A stretch of DNA of 64,000 nt from a virus: IMG/VR virus record IMGVR_UViG_3300035189_000005, positions 1 through 64,000 of that record. The stretch is one strand, 5' to 3'. Made by a program: the position numbers and the translations under genes. Shown here piece by piece: positions 18,531-26,769 of this stretch. Under the pieces are notes generated by a model. That model had not been told where the DNA came from. It ran no database searches and saw only the letters and a program-made list of their open reading frames with translations. How positions within the stretch are numbered: the first letter of the stretch is position 1; each line of letters opens with the position of its first letter.

Positions 18531-18653
18531 GAGGGGGAGTAGGGAGTCGAACCCCACTTCCCTGGCCGCTAAGCCAGCTTAAATGCATAAGTCAACCAGA
18601 CAGCTACTTCCAGACTATCCATGGTTCGTCTGGACCTCGCTTGCATTCCCCCC
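18531..18653 (-). ncRNA. tRNA-like RNA B: acceptor stem, T arm and variable-arm-like hairpin, non-canonical D/anticodon region
   Basis: GGGGGGA/TCCCCCT, GTGGGG-TTCGACT-CCCTAC, CTGGC/GCCAG and TCCAGAC/GTCTGGA stems. Confidence 0.65.
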
Positions 18654-18659
18654 ATAAAA

Positions 18660-18858
18660 CTGGCATTGGATGGATGCCCTCTGTTGCTGGTATCGAACCA
18701 GCGTCTCATATGCTCACGACAGTTCTTCCAGAGCCTGTGCGATCTCTTACCTCAACGGAACCCGTCTTCAAGTACCTACCACAAGTTGCAACTGCCTAGT
18801 GTGAGCGTGAATCAGCGTCCTACCTTTGGACGATACAGAAGACATCCACCAATGCCAG
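18660..18858 (-). ncRNA. tRNA-like RNA A: extended acceptor helix, D arm, T arm, long rod in place of anticodon arm
   Basis: D arm GTCC-AAAGGTA-GGAC (18817-18831), T arm GCTGG-TTCGATA-CCAGC (18686-18702), terminal helix CTGGCATTGGTGGATGTC/GGCATCCA(T)CCAATGCCAG. Confidence 0.75.
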
Positions 18859-18915
18859 CTTGCTGCATTGTAGCTGCCGCTGGCATTGGGATTTACTGTT
18901 TACTCAGGGCGATGA

Positions 18916-19110
18916 TTACTCGCCGGACGCTTCGGAATCGGCCTTGTCGGCACGGTTCGAAACGGTCTGGAAGCTTTCCTCGACTTCGATGGCGGAACCA
19001 TCGTTGAAGTTGATTTCGGTGCCGTTCGGCAGTTCCGCGAAGTGGCTGACCTTGGACAGATCGACACGAACACGGAAGCCGGAACGCAGTTTCAGTTTGG
19101 TGAAAGCCAT
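18916..19110 (-). CDS. small FlbD-like beta protein
   Basis: MAFTKLK...VRVDLSKVSHF...GTEINFNDGSAIEVEES resembles the FlbD-family pattern; SD GGAG. Confidence 0.6.
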   Translation of the reverse strand: MAFTKLKLRSGFRVRVDLSKVSHFAELPNGTEINFNDGSAIEVEESFQTVSNRADKADSEASGE

Positions 19111-19168
19111 TTTTGTTTCTCCAGAGATTTGAGGGGTCCATCCCCCCAAGAAAGGGTTGTTGTTGAAC

Positions 19169-19402
19169 TCAGGCTTCTTTAGCAGAGGCAGAATTGCCCC
19201 GGCCAGTAGCCTTGTTGATGAAACCACGCACCGAACGCGGCGTGTCACTTACGTGATACACGCCGCCATTCGATAGACTGATGTGAGTACCCGAGGTCAC
19301 TGCACCATCACTGTCGGTTGCCGGAGCAAAACCAACGATGTGAGCAGTATTCAGGTCCACCTTCAGATTGGTGTCATTATCGACCACACGGATGTAGGTC
19401 AT
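19169..19402 (-). CDS. small FlbD-like beta protein (probable paralogue of the downstream gene)
   Basis: MTYIRV...VDLNTAHIVGF...GTHISLSNGGVYHVSDT; SD GGAG. Confidence 0.6.
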   Translation of the reverse strand: MTYIRVVDNDTNLKVDLNTAHIVGFAPATDSDGAVTSGTHISLSNGGVYHVSDTPRSVRGFINKATGRGNSASAKEA

Positions 19403-19438
19403 TGTTTTACTCCACGGGCTATCGCCCCAAGAAAGGAA

Positions 19439-19936
19439 TCAGATGGACTCACGAGCAGGGACAGGTTCGTCCTCTTGGTTCTGGTACTTGCCCGAATAGA
19501 CAGCAGCCTCGACCACCTCGTGGAAAATCACTTGAGCAATGCCCGAACCAGCAGGGATGAGCAGTTCCTCTTCCCCGTGGTAGACAAGCTCCAGGGTCAA
19601 GAAACCGTTCCATCCCGGCTCGATTACGGTGTTGAATACGGACAGACCACGACGTGCCCAGGTGGACTTGTCGTGGACAATGCCGGTCAGGTTGGGTGGC
19701 ATCTGGAATTCTTCCATGGCCGAGGCCAAGCAGAACCGCCCGTCTTTCACGTATTCATCCGCAACATGGATGGTACGGATGTTGAAGGCATCACCTTTGA
19801 AGTGGATGTCCTGCTTAACCCGGATGTCATACCCGGCTTCACCCAAGCCATAGCTGGTGCCTTCGAACGATTTCTTCACTGCAACCATATCCTTGATAGG
19901 TGCAGCAGCCAGCAGTTGTAAGCCGTTGATGATCAT
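19439..19936 (-). CDS. dcd: dCTP deaminase
   Basis: GYDIR, KSTWARRGL, VIEPGWNGFLTLEL, IAQVIF, YSGKYQNQ. Confidence 0.9.
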   Translation of the reverse strand: MIINGLQLLAAAPIKDMVAVKKSFEGTSYGLGEAGYDIRVKQDIHFKGDAFNIRTIHVADEYVKDGRFCLASAMEEFQMPPNLTGIVHDKSTWARRGLSVFNTVIEPGWNGFLTLELVYHGEEELLIPAGSGIAQVIFHEVVEAAVYSGKYQNQEDEPVPARESI

Positions 19937-19938
19937 GA

Positions 19939-21084
19939 TCAGTTCCTGATGTAGATGACTTCGCCATATGTAGGCACATGCCCACCACCACGGCCAATCC
20001 TGATCCAAATGATGGGTACGTGCACTGTAGGTCGCACCATTGGTGTGACTTCCAGATCCGAGAAGATGATAGCAGCCGTTGGCTGGTGTTTTTCTATATG
20101 CTCACGCACACACACCAGCGATGTACCGCTGCCATGAGCATCAGTCACCACATCAAAGGAATCACTTTCCTCGAAGGTCTTCTCATCCATGATCCGGGTA
20201 TCGAACTGAACGAGGGTCAACTTCCGTGGATTGAATGTCTCCTTGATGTACTTCACCTCCGAGTTAAAGCGTAAACGCTCCTGGGCGGTGATGGATGCAG
20301 ACACATCAAGGTAGTAGATCAGGTGATCCAATCGGCCCTCTTCCTCGTAGGTCGATGGCAGATACATATTCGTGTAGCGGCGATTTGGACGAGCCCAAGT
20401 GTAGGCAATCTCGGCCAGATCACTGAAGAACTTGTACAGCAGGCCTTCCCACGGAACCACGGGAGTCAGGAACTTCTTGATGATCCCTTTGGTTCCACCA
20501 GGGACGGTGCCAGCTTGCCCACTGGCCTCGGCTGCTTGCACAGCTTTGACCACGTTGGCTATGCCCTTCAGAATGGTTTCTTCCGTTGGGTCACGCATAT
20601 CACCTTTACCCGCACCGGGTACACCCCAGGTAGGCTTGGGCTTGGCACCGCTATTGATGAGCAGGTCGTAGATGTCCTCTTCGACCATCCTCCCGCCTTT
20701 GTCCAGATCTGGATTAAGGCAGCACCACTCGATACCTTCGAAGGTATAGCCTTCCTTCTTCAGATCGTTGTTGATGCGATAGTCCGCTGCTTGGTTCCAG
20801 ATCTCTGGATCACGATTGCCACGACGGATCATATGCAACAGGCCTGGATGCCACAGCTCATGGGCCAGCACTGTTTTACGAGTGGCCGGCTTGAGTGACA
20901 GGAACCAATGGGGATTCCACCAGAGACTGACCCCATCGGTTTCAGCGGTTTGCACCGTCTCATCCCAGATGAATTCCAGGCTGCACATCAATGATCCAAG
21001 GAAAGCACCAGTGCCTCCGATGAACATCTGAGCCTTGGTCTTGTTGAGTTCCTCATTGAGAAACTGTTCGTCAATCTCTTGCAT
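19939..21084 (-). CDS. DUF2201-type metallopeptidase plus vWA-like protein (N4 gp25-like)
   Basis: TAETDG, HELWH (HExxH), WNQAADYRIN, DVSAS MIDAS-like motif. Confidence 0.85.
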   Translation of the reverse strand: MQEIDEQFLNEELNKTKAQMFIGGTGAFLGSLMCSLEFIWDETVQTAETDGVSLWWNPHWFLSLKPATRKTVLAHELWHPGLLHMIRRGNRDPEIWNQAADYRINNDLKKEGYTFEGIEWCCLNPDLDKGGRMVEEDIYDLLINSGAKPKPTWGVPGAGKGDMRDPTEETILKGIANVVKAVQAAEASGQAGTVPGGTKGIIKKFLTPVVPWEGLLYKFFSDLAEIAYTWARPNRRYTNMYLPSTYEEEGRLDHLIYYLDVSASITAQERLRFNSEVKYIKETFNPRKLTLVQFDTRIMDEKTFEESDSFDVVTDAHGSGTSLVCVREHIEKHQPTAAIIFSDLEVTPMVRPTVHVPIIWIRIGRGGGHVPTYGEVIYIRN

Positions 21085-21093
21085 GTGACCCCC

Positions 21094-22131
21094 TTATTTC
21101 AGGTACTGGGACAAGCGTTCCATACCCTTAGCGAATGCCGGGTGGGTACGCAGTTTGGGATGGTTGATCATCGCCATCCGGTAGAACAGCACCTGAAATG
21201 GCATGTCGAAGCGATTAGCGTAGGTGCACAGGCGGTCGAAGTTGTCCGCCTTGATGTGCTCCATGATCATCGACACTGTTGCCCAACGGGTATCGTTGTT
21301 GAATGGCAGCGGTGCACCTTCAGGATCACGCAGGATTTCCGTGATGGAAACCAGCGAGCCGTATACCTGGGCGAATTGCATGAACTCGACTGCCACGCCG
21401 GAGCTGATGGTGCCGGTGTAGAGCGGAGCTTTCGCAGGCACAACAGCTTTCCCTTGGATCAGCTTGTTCATGAACTCCCAGGTCCGAGGGCAACAGAACG
21501 TCTTCTCGGTGTGGTTGGGCTTGAAGTCCATCAGCTTCGATGGGTATTGGCTTAAGAAGCCAATGATGCGGCTGTCCCATTTCTGGGGCATTGCCACATC
21601 TTCCAGCCACTCTTCGAAGTTCAGCTTCAGTTCCAGGTGAATGATCCGGGACTGCATAGCAGTGCTGATCGGGTTCACGATGGACTTGTCGCTCATCAGG
21701 TTACCGGCAGCAGCCATCACTACGTTCGAGTGAAGGTTTTTCTGGCCGGTCATCCTATCCAGCACCAGCTTGAAAGCTGCGGCTTGCACCTGCTTCGAGG
21801 CAGCCGGGAACTCGTCGAGGAAGATCATCCAACCGTTCATGTCTTCAGGAATGTCATCCCCTTCGATTGGGAACAGGTCGGCAAATGGAGCGAACTCGGC
21901 TCGGCCTTGAGCATTGAAGTGAGGCAGGCCGGACAGGTCTTCAGGAGCCGAAGTAGATAGACGGTGGTCGATCAACTTCAGGCTGTTTTCCTTGGCGATG
22001 GAACGCATGATGGAAGACTTGCCCATGCCAGGAGAGCTGTGCAGATACGGCGTAAGCCCAGCTTCCATGACTTCCAAGGACATTTCCTTGGCCTGCCGTG
22101 GAGTGACTTGATACATGCTGACTTCAGACAT
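21094..22131 (-). CDS. MoxR-like AAA+ ATPase (N4 gp24-like)
   Basis: SSPGMGKS, FLDEF, AAGN, AMQSR, CPRTWE. Confidence 0.9.
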   Translation of the reverse strand: MSEVSMYQVTPRQAKEMSLEVMEAGLTPYLHSSPGMGKSSIMRSIAKENSLKLIDHRLSTSAPEDLSGLPHFNAQGRAEFAPFADLFPIEGDDIPEDMNGWMIFLDEFPAASKQVQAAAFKLVLDRMTGQKNLHSNVVMAAAGNLMSDKSIVNPISTAMQSRIIHLELKLNFEEWLEDVAMPQKWDSRIIGFLSQYPSKLMDFKPNHTEKTFCCPRTWEFMNKLIQGKAVVPAKAPLYTGTISSGVAVEFMQFAQVYGSLVSITEILRDPEGAPLPFNNDTRWATVSMIMEHIKADNFDRLCTYANRFDMPFQVLFYRMAMINHPKLRTHPAFAKGMERLSQYLK

Positions 22132-22456
22132 GCTTAACCCCTTTGGTTCGTGCCGCTCTGCGGCGTTGATTTGTGAGATGCGTCACCATCTCCAAGTGGG
22201 CAGGGTTACAACACAGTCGGTTATTGCACCGATGGTCGATCTGCTTCTTGGACGGGATGTACCCGAAATAGATGGTGAACACGACAATATGCACGGCTAC
22301 GGTCTGACCATCCAGGCTCATCCTTCCGTAACCGCCACCTCGACCAGTGCCGGAGTCAGGCCCTGTCCAGATGTGGCAGGGGGAGGGTTTGCCATCAAGA
22401 ACAAACCCTTTATCGACTACCTCGACACGGTGATGGATGCGATCAATGATCGACAT
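22124..22456 (-). CDS. HNH endonuclease
   Basis: CHIWTG...GYG...IDHRCNNRLCCNPAHLEMVT..N. Confidence 0.9.
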   Translation of the reverse strand: MSIIDRIHHRVEVVDKGFVLDGKPSPCHIWTGPDSGTGRGGGYGRMSLDGQTVAVHIVVFTIYFGYIPSKKQIDHRCNNRLCCNPAHLEMVTHLTNQRRRAARTKGVKHV

Positions 22457-22473
22457 CCTCCGGTCTGCTGCCT

Positions 22474-22722
22474 TCACGGCCAGCGTTTGCCCAGCTTGAT
22501 GCGCTGGGACTTGCTCTGCGTGAGCAGGATGTTAGCCAGTTCGGCCCCTTCGACATCATTGCCCTTCAGAGCCATTTCCTGGCACTGAGTGACATGCTTG
22601 TCCTTGACGTTGCCGTCAGCCAGCACGATGCGGAGACTACCCCAGCCATCATGGGCTTTACGGTAGGCCTTGAAGCGATCCAGCGTTACCTGATCCAACG
22701 GAATGTTGTTGGGTGCGGTCAT
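22474..22722 (-). CDS. hypothetical protein
   Basis: SD GAGG before MTAPNN. Confidence 0.55.
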   Translation of the reverse strand: MTAPNNIPLDQVTLDRFKAYRKAHDGWGSLRIVLADGNVKDKHVTQCQEMALKGNDVEGAELANILLTQSKSQRIKLGKRWP

Positions 22723-22724
22723 GA

Positions 22725-22997
22725 CTATCCCTCTACGACGTATGGTTTGGTTTCTGGATGGGCTTGACGCAGGTCTTTGAATATTGATCCAAACCCCCAC
22801 GAGACAAAGCCCGGTGACTTATCGGTGACGACTTCCACAAGGCGACCAACATCGTCAGGCAAGAAGGTGTATTCCTTCGTGCCGTGGAAGTTTGGTATTG
22901 ACGCGCCTACATCGGATTCCTCAACCAAAAAAGCAGTGCGACTGGCCTCAAGGTTATCCACCTCGTGCCTACGTCCTTCGTTGAGTTGGAGCATCAT
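22725..22997 (-). CDS. hypothetical protein
   Basis: Packed ORF, ATGA overlap. Confidence 0.55.
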   Translation of the reverse strand: MMLQLNEGRRHEVDNLEASRTAFLVEESDVGASIPNFHGTKEYTFLPDDVGRLVEVVTDKSPGFVSWGFGSIFKDLRQAHPETKPYVVEG

Positions 22998-23314
22998 TCC
23001 TCCCCGTCGAGAGTCATGGTGATCCTGACGTACTCAACTTCCGGGTCACCTGCCACTGCATAGGTACGACCGGATTGCAGGTTGGTTACGAACACGCCAT
23101 CTCCCAGCGTCTTCATAGCGAGATCTCTGACATCACTAAAGCAATCCTTTACTGCTTGATAGCCGCTGACATCTGTACGCATACAGATAGCACCGCCATC
23201 CATGATGAAGGTGGTGCCCCGTTTGGTATCGCTCAAACGTGGCTTGTAGGCACCGTTGTCTTCGATTACGAACTTGATCGTCGAAGGCGATTTGTACTTA
23301 CGAAGTTGGCTCAT
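22994..23314 (-). CDS. hypothetical protein
   Basis: SD GGGAG before MSQLRK. Confidence 0.6.
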   Translation of the reverse strand: MSQLRKYKSPSTIKFVIEDNGAYKPRLSDTKRGTTFIMDGGAICMRTDVSGYQAVKDCFSDVRDLAMKTLGDGVFVTNLQSGRTYAVAGDPEVEYVRITMTLDGEE

Positions 23315-23328
23315 GACTTTCTCCCATG

Positions 23329-23356
23329 AATAAAAAAGCCCATCCGAGGATGGGCT
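23329..23356 (-). terminator. intrinsic terminator
   Basis: AGCCCATC/GATGGGCT stem followed by a T-tract on the minus strand. Confidence 0.8.
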
Positions 23357-23382
23357 CATTGGTTGCTCGACCCAAGAAAGAG

Positions 23383-24189
23383 TTAAGCAGTGACGGTGAT
23401 TGCCGAACTGGCAGCCTTGTTGCCGTCAACGGTTTTGACATTGATGGTCACTGGACCAGATGCAACACCTGTTACCAGGCCGGTGGCCGATACGGTAGCA
23501 CGAGAAATGTCGCTACTGGTGTAGGTCACAGCCTTGTTAGTGGCAGTGTCTGGCGTGACAGTCGGGGTCAACTGAACAGTTGCACCTACAGCCACGTTGG
23601 CAGTAGTAGGTGCTACTGCCACGGCTACTACCTGAACATTTGCAGGAGGCGATGGCTGCAATTCCTCGCTGAACTCGAACGGGATGTTCTGTTCGATGTT
23701 GCCTACCCGAACACGCAGGAACAGTTCACCCTTCTGCAAGCTCTTGAACGTGATGACACCGTTGCCGGTATCAGCCAGTACCTGAACGAGTGCAGGGTTG
23801 CTGAATTGGAACTTGACCCCATCAGTGGTTGCACCCACTGGGTCCAGGGTGACAGTCACAGACTGTTCTTCACCAATGAAGCGACGGTTCAGACCCTGAT
23901 CGATGAAGACACGTTGCAGTGGTTTGAAGTTACCACCGTAAGTGATCTTGATGCGTTGCATGTCCTGCAACCCACGCTTCAGGTAAATCTGTTCCTGAAC
24001 GTGTTGGTACACGACGTGGCTGATGTCTTGCTTCTGCATACCAGAAGCGTTGTCATCCACTGGTTCATGGATGAGGTCACCCAGCAGTGTGTAACTCGCA
24101 CCAGGGGATGCATCAGCAGCCAGACGGACCTGAACTTCGTAGGTCTGGTTGGCACCAATGGCGTTAGCAATGTAGCTTTTCAGTTTCAT
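23383..24189 (-). CDS. Ig-like (Big_2) capsid decoration protein, N4 gp17-like
   Basis: C-terminal VGATVQLTPTVTPDTATNKAVTYTSSD...ATVSATGLVTGV; position after RNAP2. Confidence 0.85.
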   Translation of the reverse strand: MKLKSYIANAIGANQTYEVQVRLAADASPGASYTLLGDLIHEPVDDNASGMQKQDISHVVYQHVQEQIYLKRGLQDMQRIKITYGGNFKPLQRVFIDQGLNRRFIGEEQSVTVTLDPVGATTDGVKFQFSNPALVQVLADTGNGVITFKSLQKGELFLRVRVGNIEQNIPFEFSEELQPSPPANVQVVAVAVAPTTANVAVGATVQLTPTVTPDTATNKAVTYTSSDISRATVSATGLVTGVASGPVTINVKTVDGNKAASSAITVTA

Positions 24190-24207
24190 CAATCTATCCT
24201 CAGAGGG

Positions 24208-24241
24208 AAAAAATAGGCCCAACTCCGGGTAGGAGTTGGGC
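24208..24241 (-). terminator. intrinsic terminator after RNAP2
   Basis: GCCCAACTCC/GGAGTTGGGC stem followed by CTATTTTT on the minus strand. Confidence 0.75.
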
Positions 24242-24249
24242 GTAGTGTA

Positions 24250-25452
24250 TCAGCAGAGAGCGTAATCGGCGTCCAGGATGCGAGTGTACATGTCTGGCAC
24301 CATTTTACCGATGTCAGCCTTGTGGCCCAAGAGCTGGGTGAACAAGGACGACAGCAGATTACTGCGGGCAATCTCGAACAGTTGACGGTTGTACTGCATA
24401 CGCAGGTCATCGCCATAGTTCGGCAGGCAACGGAAGCAATCGTGGATTGCAATCACTTCGAACGGCTTGGCAGGCAGGCTGTTGATCAACTCCAGCACAG
24501 TGCTGTAATCGACAATGCCTGCGTTGTCCAAGTGGATGTGATTGAGAATGCGAGCAGACAGGTAGCCAGACTCTTTGTAGTGGTCCCATAGAATGCGCAC
24601 CATTTCGGAGTCATAGTCATCTGCACCTGTATCATGTGCCTCGCAGTCATGCAGATAGCCCTTAACCTTTGCCACTTGGCTCGGGTTGTAGTTGCATCGA
24701 CGGATCATCTCGCGAACGATCATGCCATCCACGGAGTGAGTGGTGTTGGCCCCAAGGGATCGACCCTCTTCCACTGGCATGTTGACCATAGTGCTGACTT
24801 CGAATGGCTGATTGTCGAACATCACTGACTCAGTGATTTGACCCATGACAGTGATCTGCACATGGAAGTTGTCCGGCAAGGTCCACTTGTAGACCAGACG
24901 CTCTGGGTCCCAGATCGCCAGATAGGTCTTGTTGAGTTCCCACACTGCCGGAGTCTCAGACTCCATGGTGTTGTGGAACGTGGTGAGCAGGATGCCTTCG
25001 CCGAAGACCTGCTTGGGGATGGCCTGACTACCATAGAGCGAAGTCAGAATTGCTTCCTTAGTTTTGGCACGAGTGATCAGACCAGTTTGACCCAGATGGT
25101 TCAACATGGACTGGTACAGGCTCGTGTAGGCATCAGCACGGTGACCGACTCCAACCACGTTGCACAGCTTGGCAGCCATCTCGTCACCAGTCAGGCATGC
25201 AAGGATCTGCATACCAGAACAGGTGGCATCAAGGCTGATTGGGTAGCCCGAAGGCTTACCTGCCATGGTGTCTTCCCAGGCTTTAACGCCCGCGAAGAAC
25301 AGTGCAGGTTCCTTTGCAGTTTGCATCATGGACATCAGGTCGTGCTTGTGTTCCTCGAACCAAGCCAACCGAACATCCCAATCTTTGTTATCCAGACCAT
25401 AAGAACCGGCGATGTCCATCGCCAAATATTGCTTGCCAGTGAACTTCTGCAT
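24250..25452 (-). CDS. RNA polymerase II subunit B (T7-like, N4 gp16)
   Basis: LDATCSGMQ motif A, R...K...TSLYGS motif B, IHDCF motif C. Confidence 0.95.
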   Translation of the reverse strand: MQKFTGKQYLAMDIAGSYGLDNKDWDVRLAWFEEHKHDLMSMMQTAKEPALFFAGVKAWEDTMAGKPSGYPISLDATCSGMQILACLTGDEMAAKLCNVVGVGHRADAYTSLYQSMLNHLGQTGLITRAKTKEAILTSLYGSQAIPKQVFGEGILLTTFHNTMESETPAVWELNKTYLAIWDPERLVYKWTLPDNFHVQITVMGQITESVMFDNQPFEVSTMVNMPVEEGRSLGANTTHSVDGMIVREMIRRCNYNPSQVAKVKGYLHDCEAHDTGADDYDSEMVRILWDHYKESGYLSARILNHIHLDNAGIVDYSTVLELINSLPAKPFEVIAIHDCFRCLPNYGDDLRMQYNRQLFEIARSNLLSSLFTQLLGHKADIGKMVPDMYTRILDADYALC

Positions 25453-25489
25453 CTATAGCTCCTTGAGTTCGCTTGAACTGATATTTAAA

Positions 25490-25681
25490 TTACGGTTGTT
25501 TTGTTTCATCATACTCAAGCCACGCTTCATCATCACTGATGATTGCGCAGTGCTTGATCTGCGGATACACATGCGTACCGCACTGTGGACAGTAACTAGG
25601 TAAACGGGGGTTAACGTTACAGAACAGATGACCGCAGCAAGGCATCTTCAAAAGTCTGAAATGAATTCTTTCTTTACTCAT
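25490..25681 (-). CDS. small Zn-ribbon protein
   Basis: PCCGH...YCPQCG; ATGA-coupled to RNAP1. Confidence 0.6.
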   Translation of the reverse strand: MSKERIHFRLLKMPCCGHLFCNVNPRLPSYCPQCGTHVYPQIKHCAIISDDEAWLEYDETKQP

Positions 25682-26499
25682 TCGACCACCTCTTGGTTGG
25701 CGAACAGGATGACTGCTTTGTTCCAGGCAGTACCTTGATAGTTGACGTGATAGCCTTGGCAATAGCTACGGCCACGTTTGTCATACTTGTGACCCAAGTG
25801 GAAAGTGTCACTGTGTTCCTGCACGATCTTCATTACGTCCTTGGCAGTCCGATCATACTTCTCGAATGCCTTTTTACGACGCATGAAGTCTTCTTTGGTT
25901 TCGTTCTCCTTGGGCTTGTCCAAGTTACGCCATTGGTTCTTAACCAGGTCAACGACACGTTGGTCAATGGTGAACTTCATGGCATTGCAGCGGTTGATGT
26001 GATCGAGACACACATCCTCGTCATGGTGGTTCTTCTTCAGGATGATAGAACCACCCGACGTGAACATGCCGGTGTCTTGGTTGGTCTTGACCTTCTTCGG
26101 TGGAACTACGAAGGGCAATGGATACTGGAAGCGATCCAACTCTTCCTGCACCTCATCCGTGATTGTGAAGCACACCACGAAGATCTGAAGTTGGGGATTC
26201 CAGTCCACCAAGTCGGCTTCCGCACACTTGGTGATCATGTCTGCTACTTGCTGTACATCAGCATAGTGACGCTTCAGTACACCGCACAGAGTTGAGAAAT
26301 CACAACGCTTATGCAATGCCATCTGAGCCAGCAAATCCAGGGCAAACCCTTCAGGAATGCCCTTGGCTTCGAAGTATTCAGCGAAGTCGAACGTCTCACA
26401 GTTGATGAACTCAGACTTGATCCGAGACATCAACTGATTCTTGTTGTACAACTTTTCCAGCTCACGTTGCTGAGCGATCAGTGTGATCTCTTGGTTCAT
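25678..26499 (-). CDS. RNA polymerase II subunit A (N4 gp15)
   Basis: YDKRGRSYCQGYHVNYQG (DxxGR motif). Confidence 0.93.
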   Translation of the reverse strand: MNQEITLIAQQRELEKLYNKNQLMSRIKSEFINCETFDFAEYFEAKGIPEGFALDLLAQMALHKRCDFSTLCGVLKRHYADVQQVADMITKCAEADLVDWNPQLQIFVVCFTITDEVQEELDRFQYPLPFVVPPKKVKTNQDTGMFTSGGSIILKKNHHDEDVCLDHINRCNAMKFTIDQRVVDLVKNQWRNLDKPKENETKEDFMRRKKAFEKYDRTAKDVMKIVQEHSDTFHLGHKYDKRGRSYCQGYHVNYQGTAWNKAVILFANQEVVE

Positions 26500-26511
26500 G
26501 CTTATTGCTCC

Positions 26512-26769
26512 TTAGTTGCCGTTGAATATCTTACGAGCCTGATCAGTTCTGTTCAGGATTGGCCCTACGGTATTGCGGATTGACTTGAGGAACTCACGCA
26601 GGCCAGCCTCATGCTTGAGCATGTAAGCCTTGCCGAGTTTCTCGTAGAAGTGAGTGATGAATGCATCATCACCATAACCAGCGAGTGCCTCAAGAGCACG
26701 CAACTCCGACTCACTAACAGTGAAGGTAGTTGTGATCTCGATGGCCGGAATACCAGTGATCTTGGCCAT
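26512..26769 (-). CDS. hypothetical protein
   Basis: 85 aa ORF in the early operon. Confidence 0.6.
   Translation of the reverse strand: MAKITGIPAIEITTTFTVSESELRALEALAGYGDDAFITHFYEKLGKAYMLKHEAGLREFLKSIRNTVGPILNRTDQARKIFNGN

Noticed and set aside
17918-18858. Calling A, B and D ordinary tRNAs, tmRNA or a CRISPR array
   Set aside because: No 7-nt anticodon loops; too short for tmRNA; the repeats are inverted pairs around long structured interiors, not direct repeats with uniform spacers; no cas operon.
18419-19007. Plus-strand ORFs 18419-18799 and 18621-19007
   Set aside because: No SD, non-ATG or weak starts, atypical composition; antisense to the structured RNAs.
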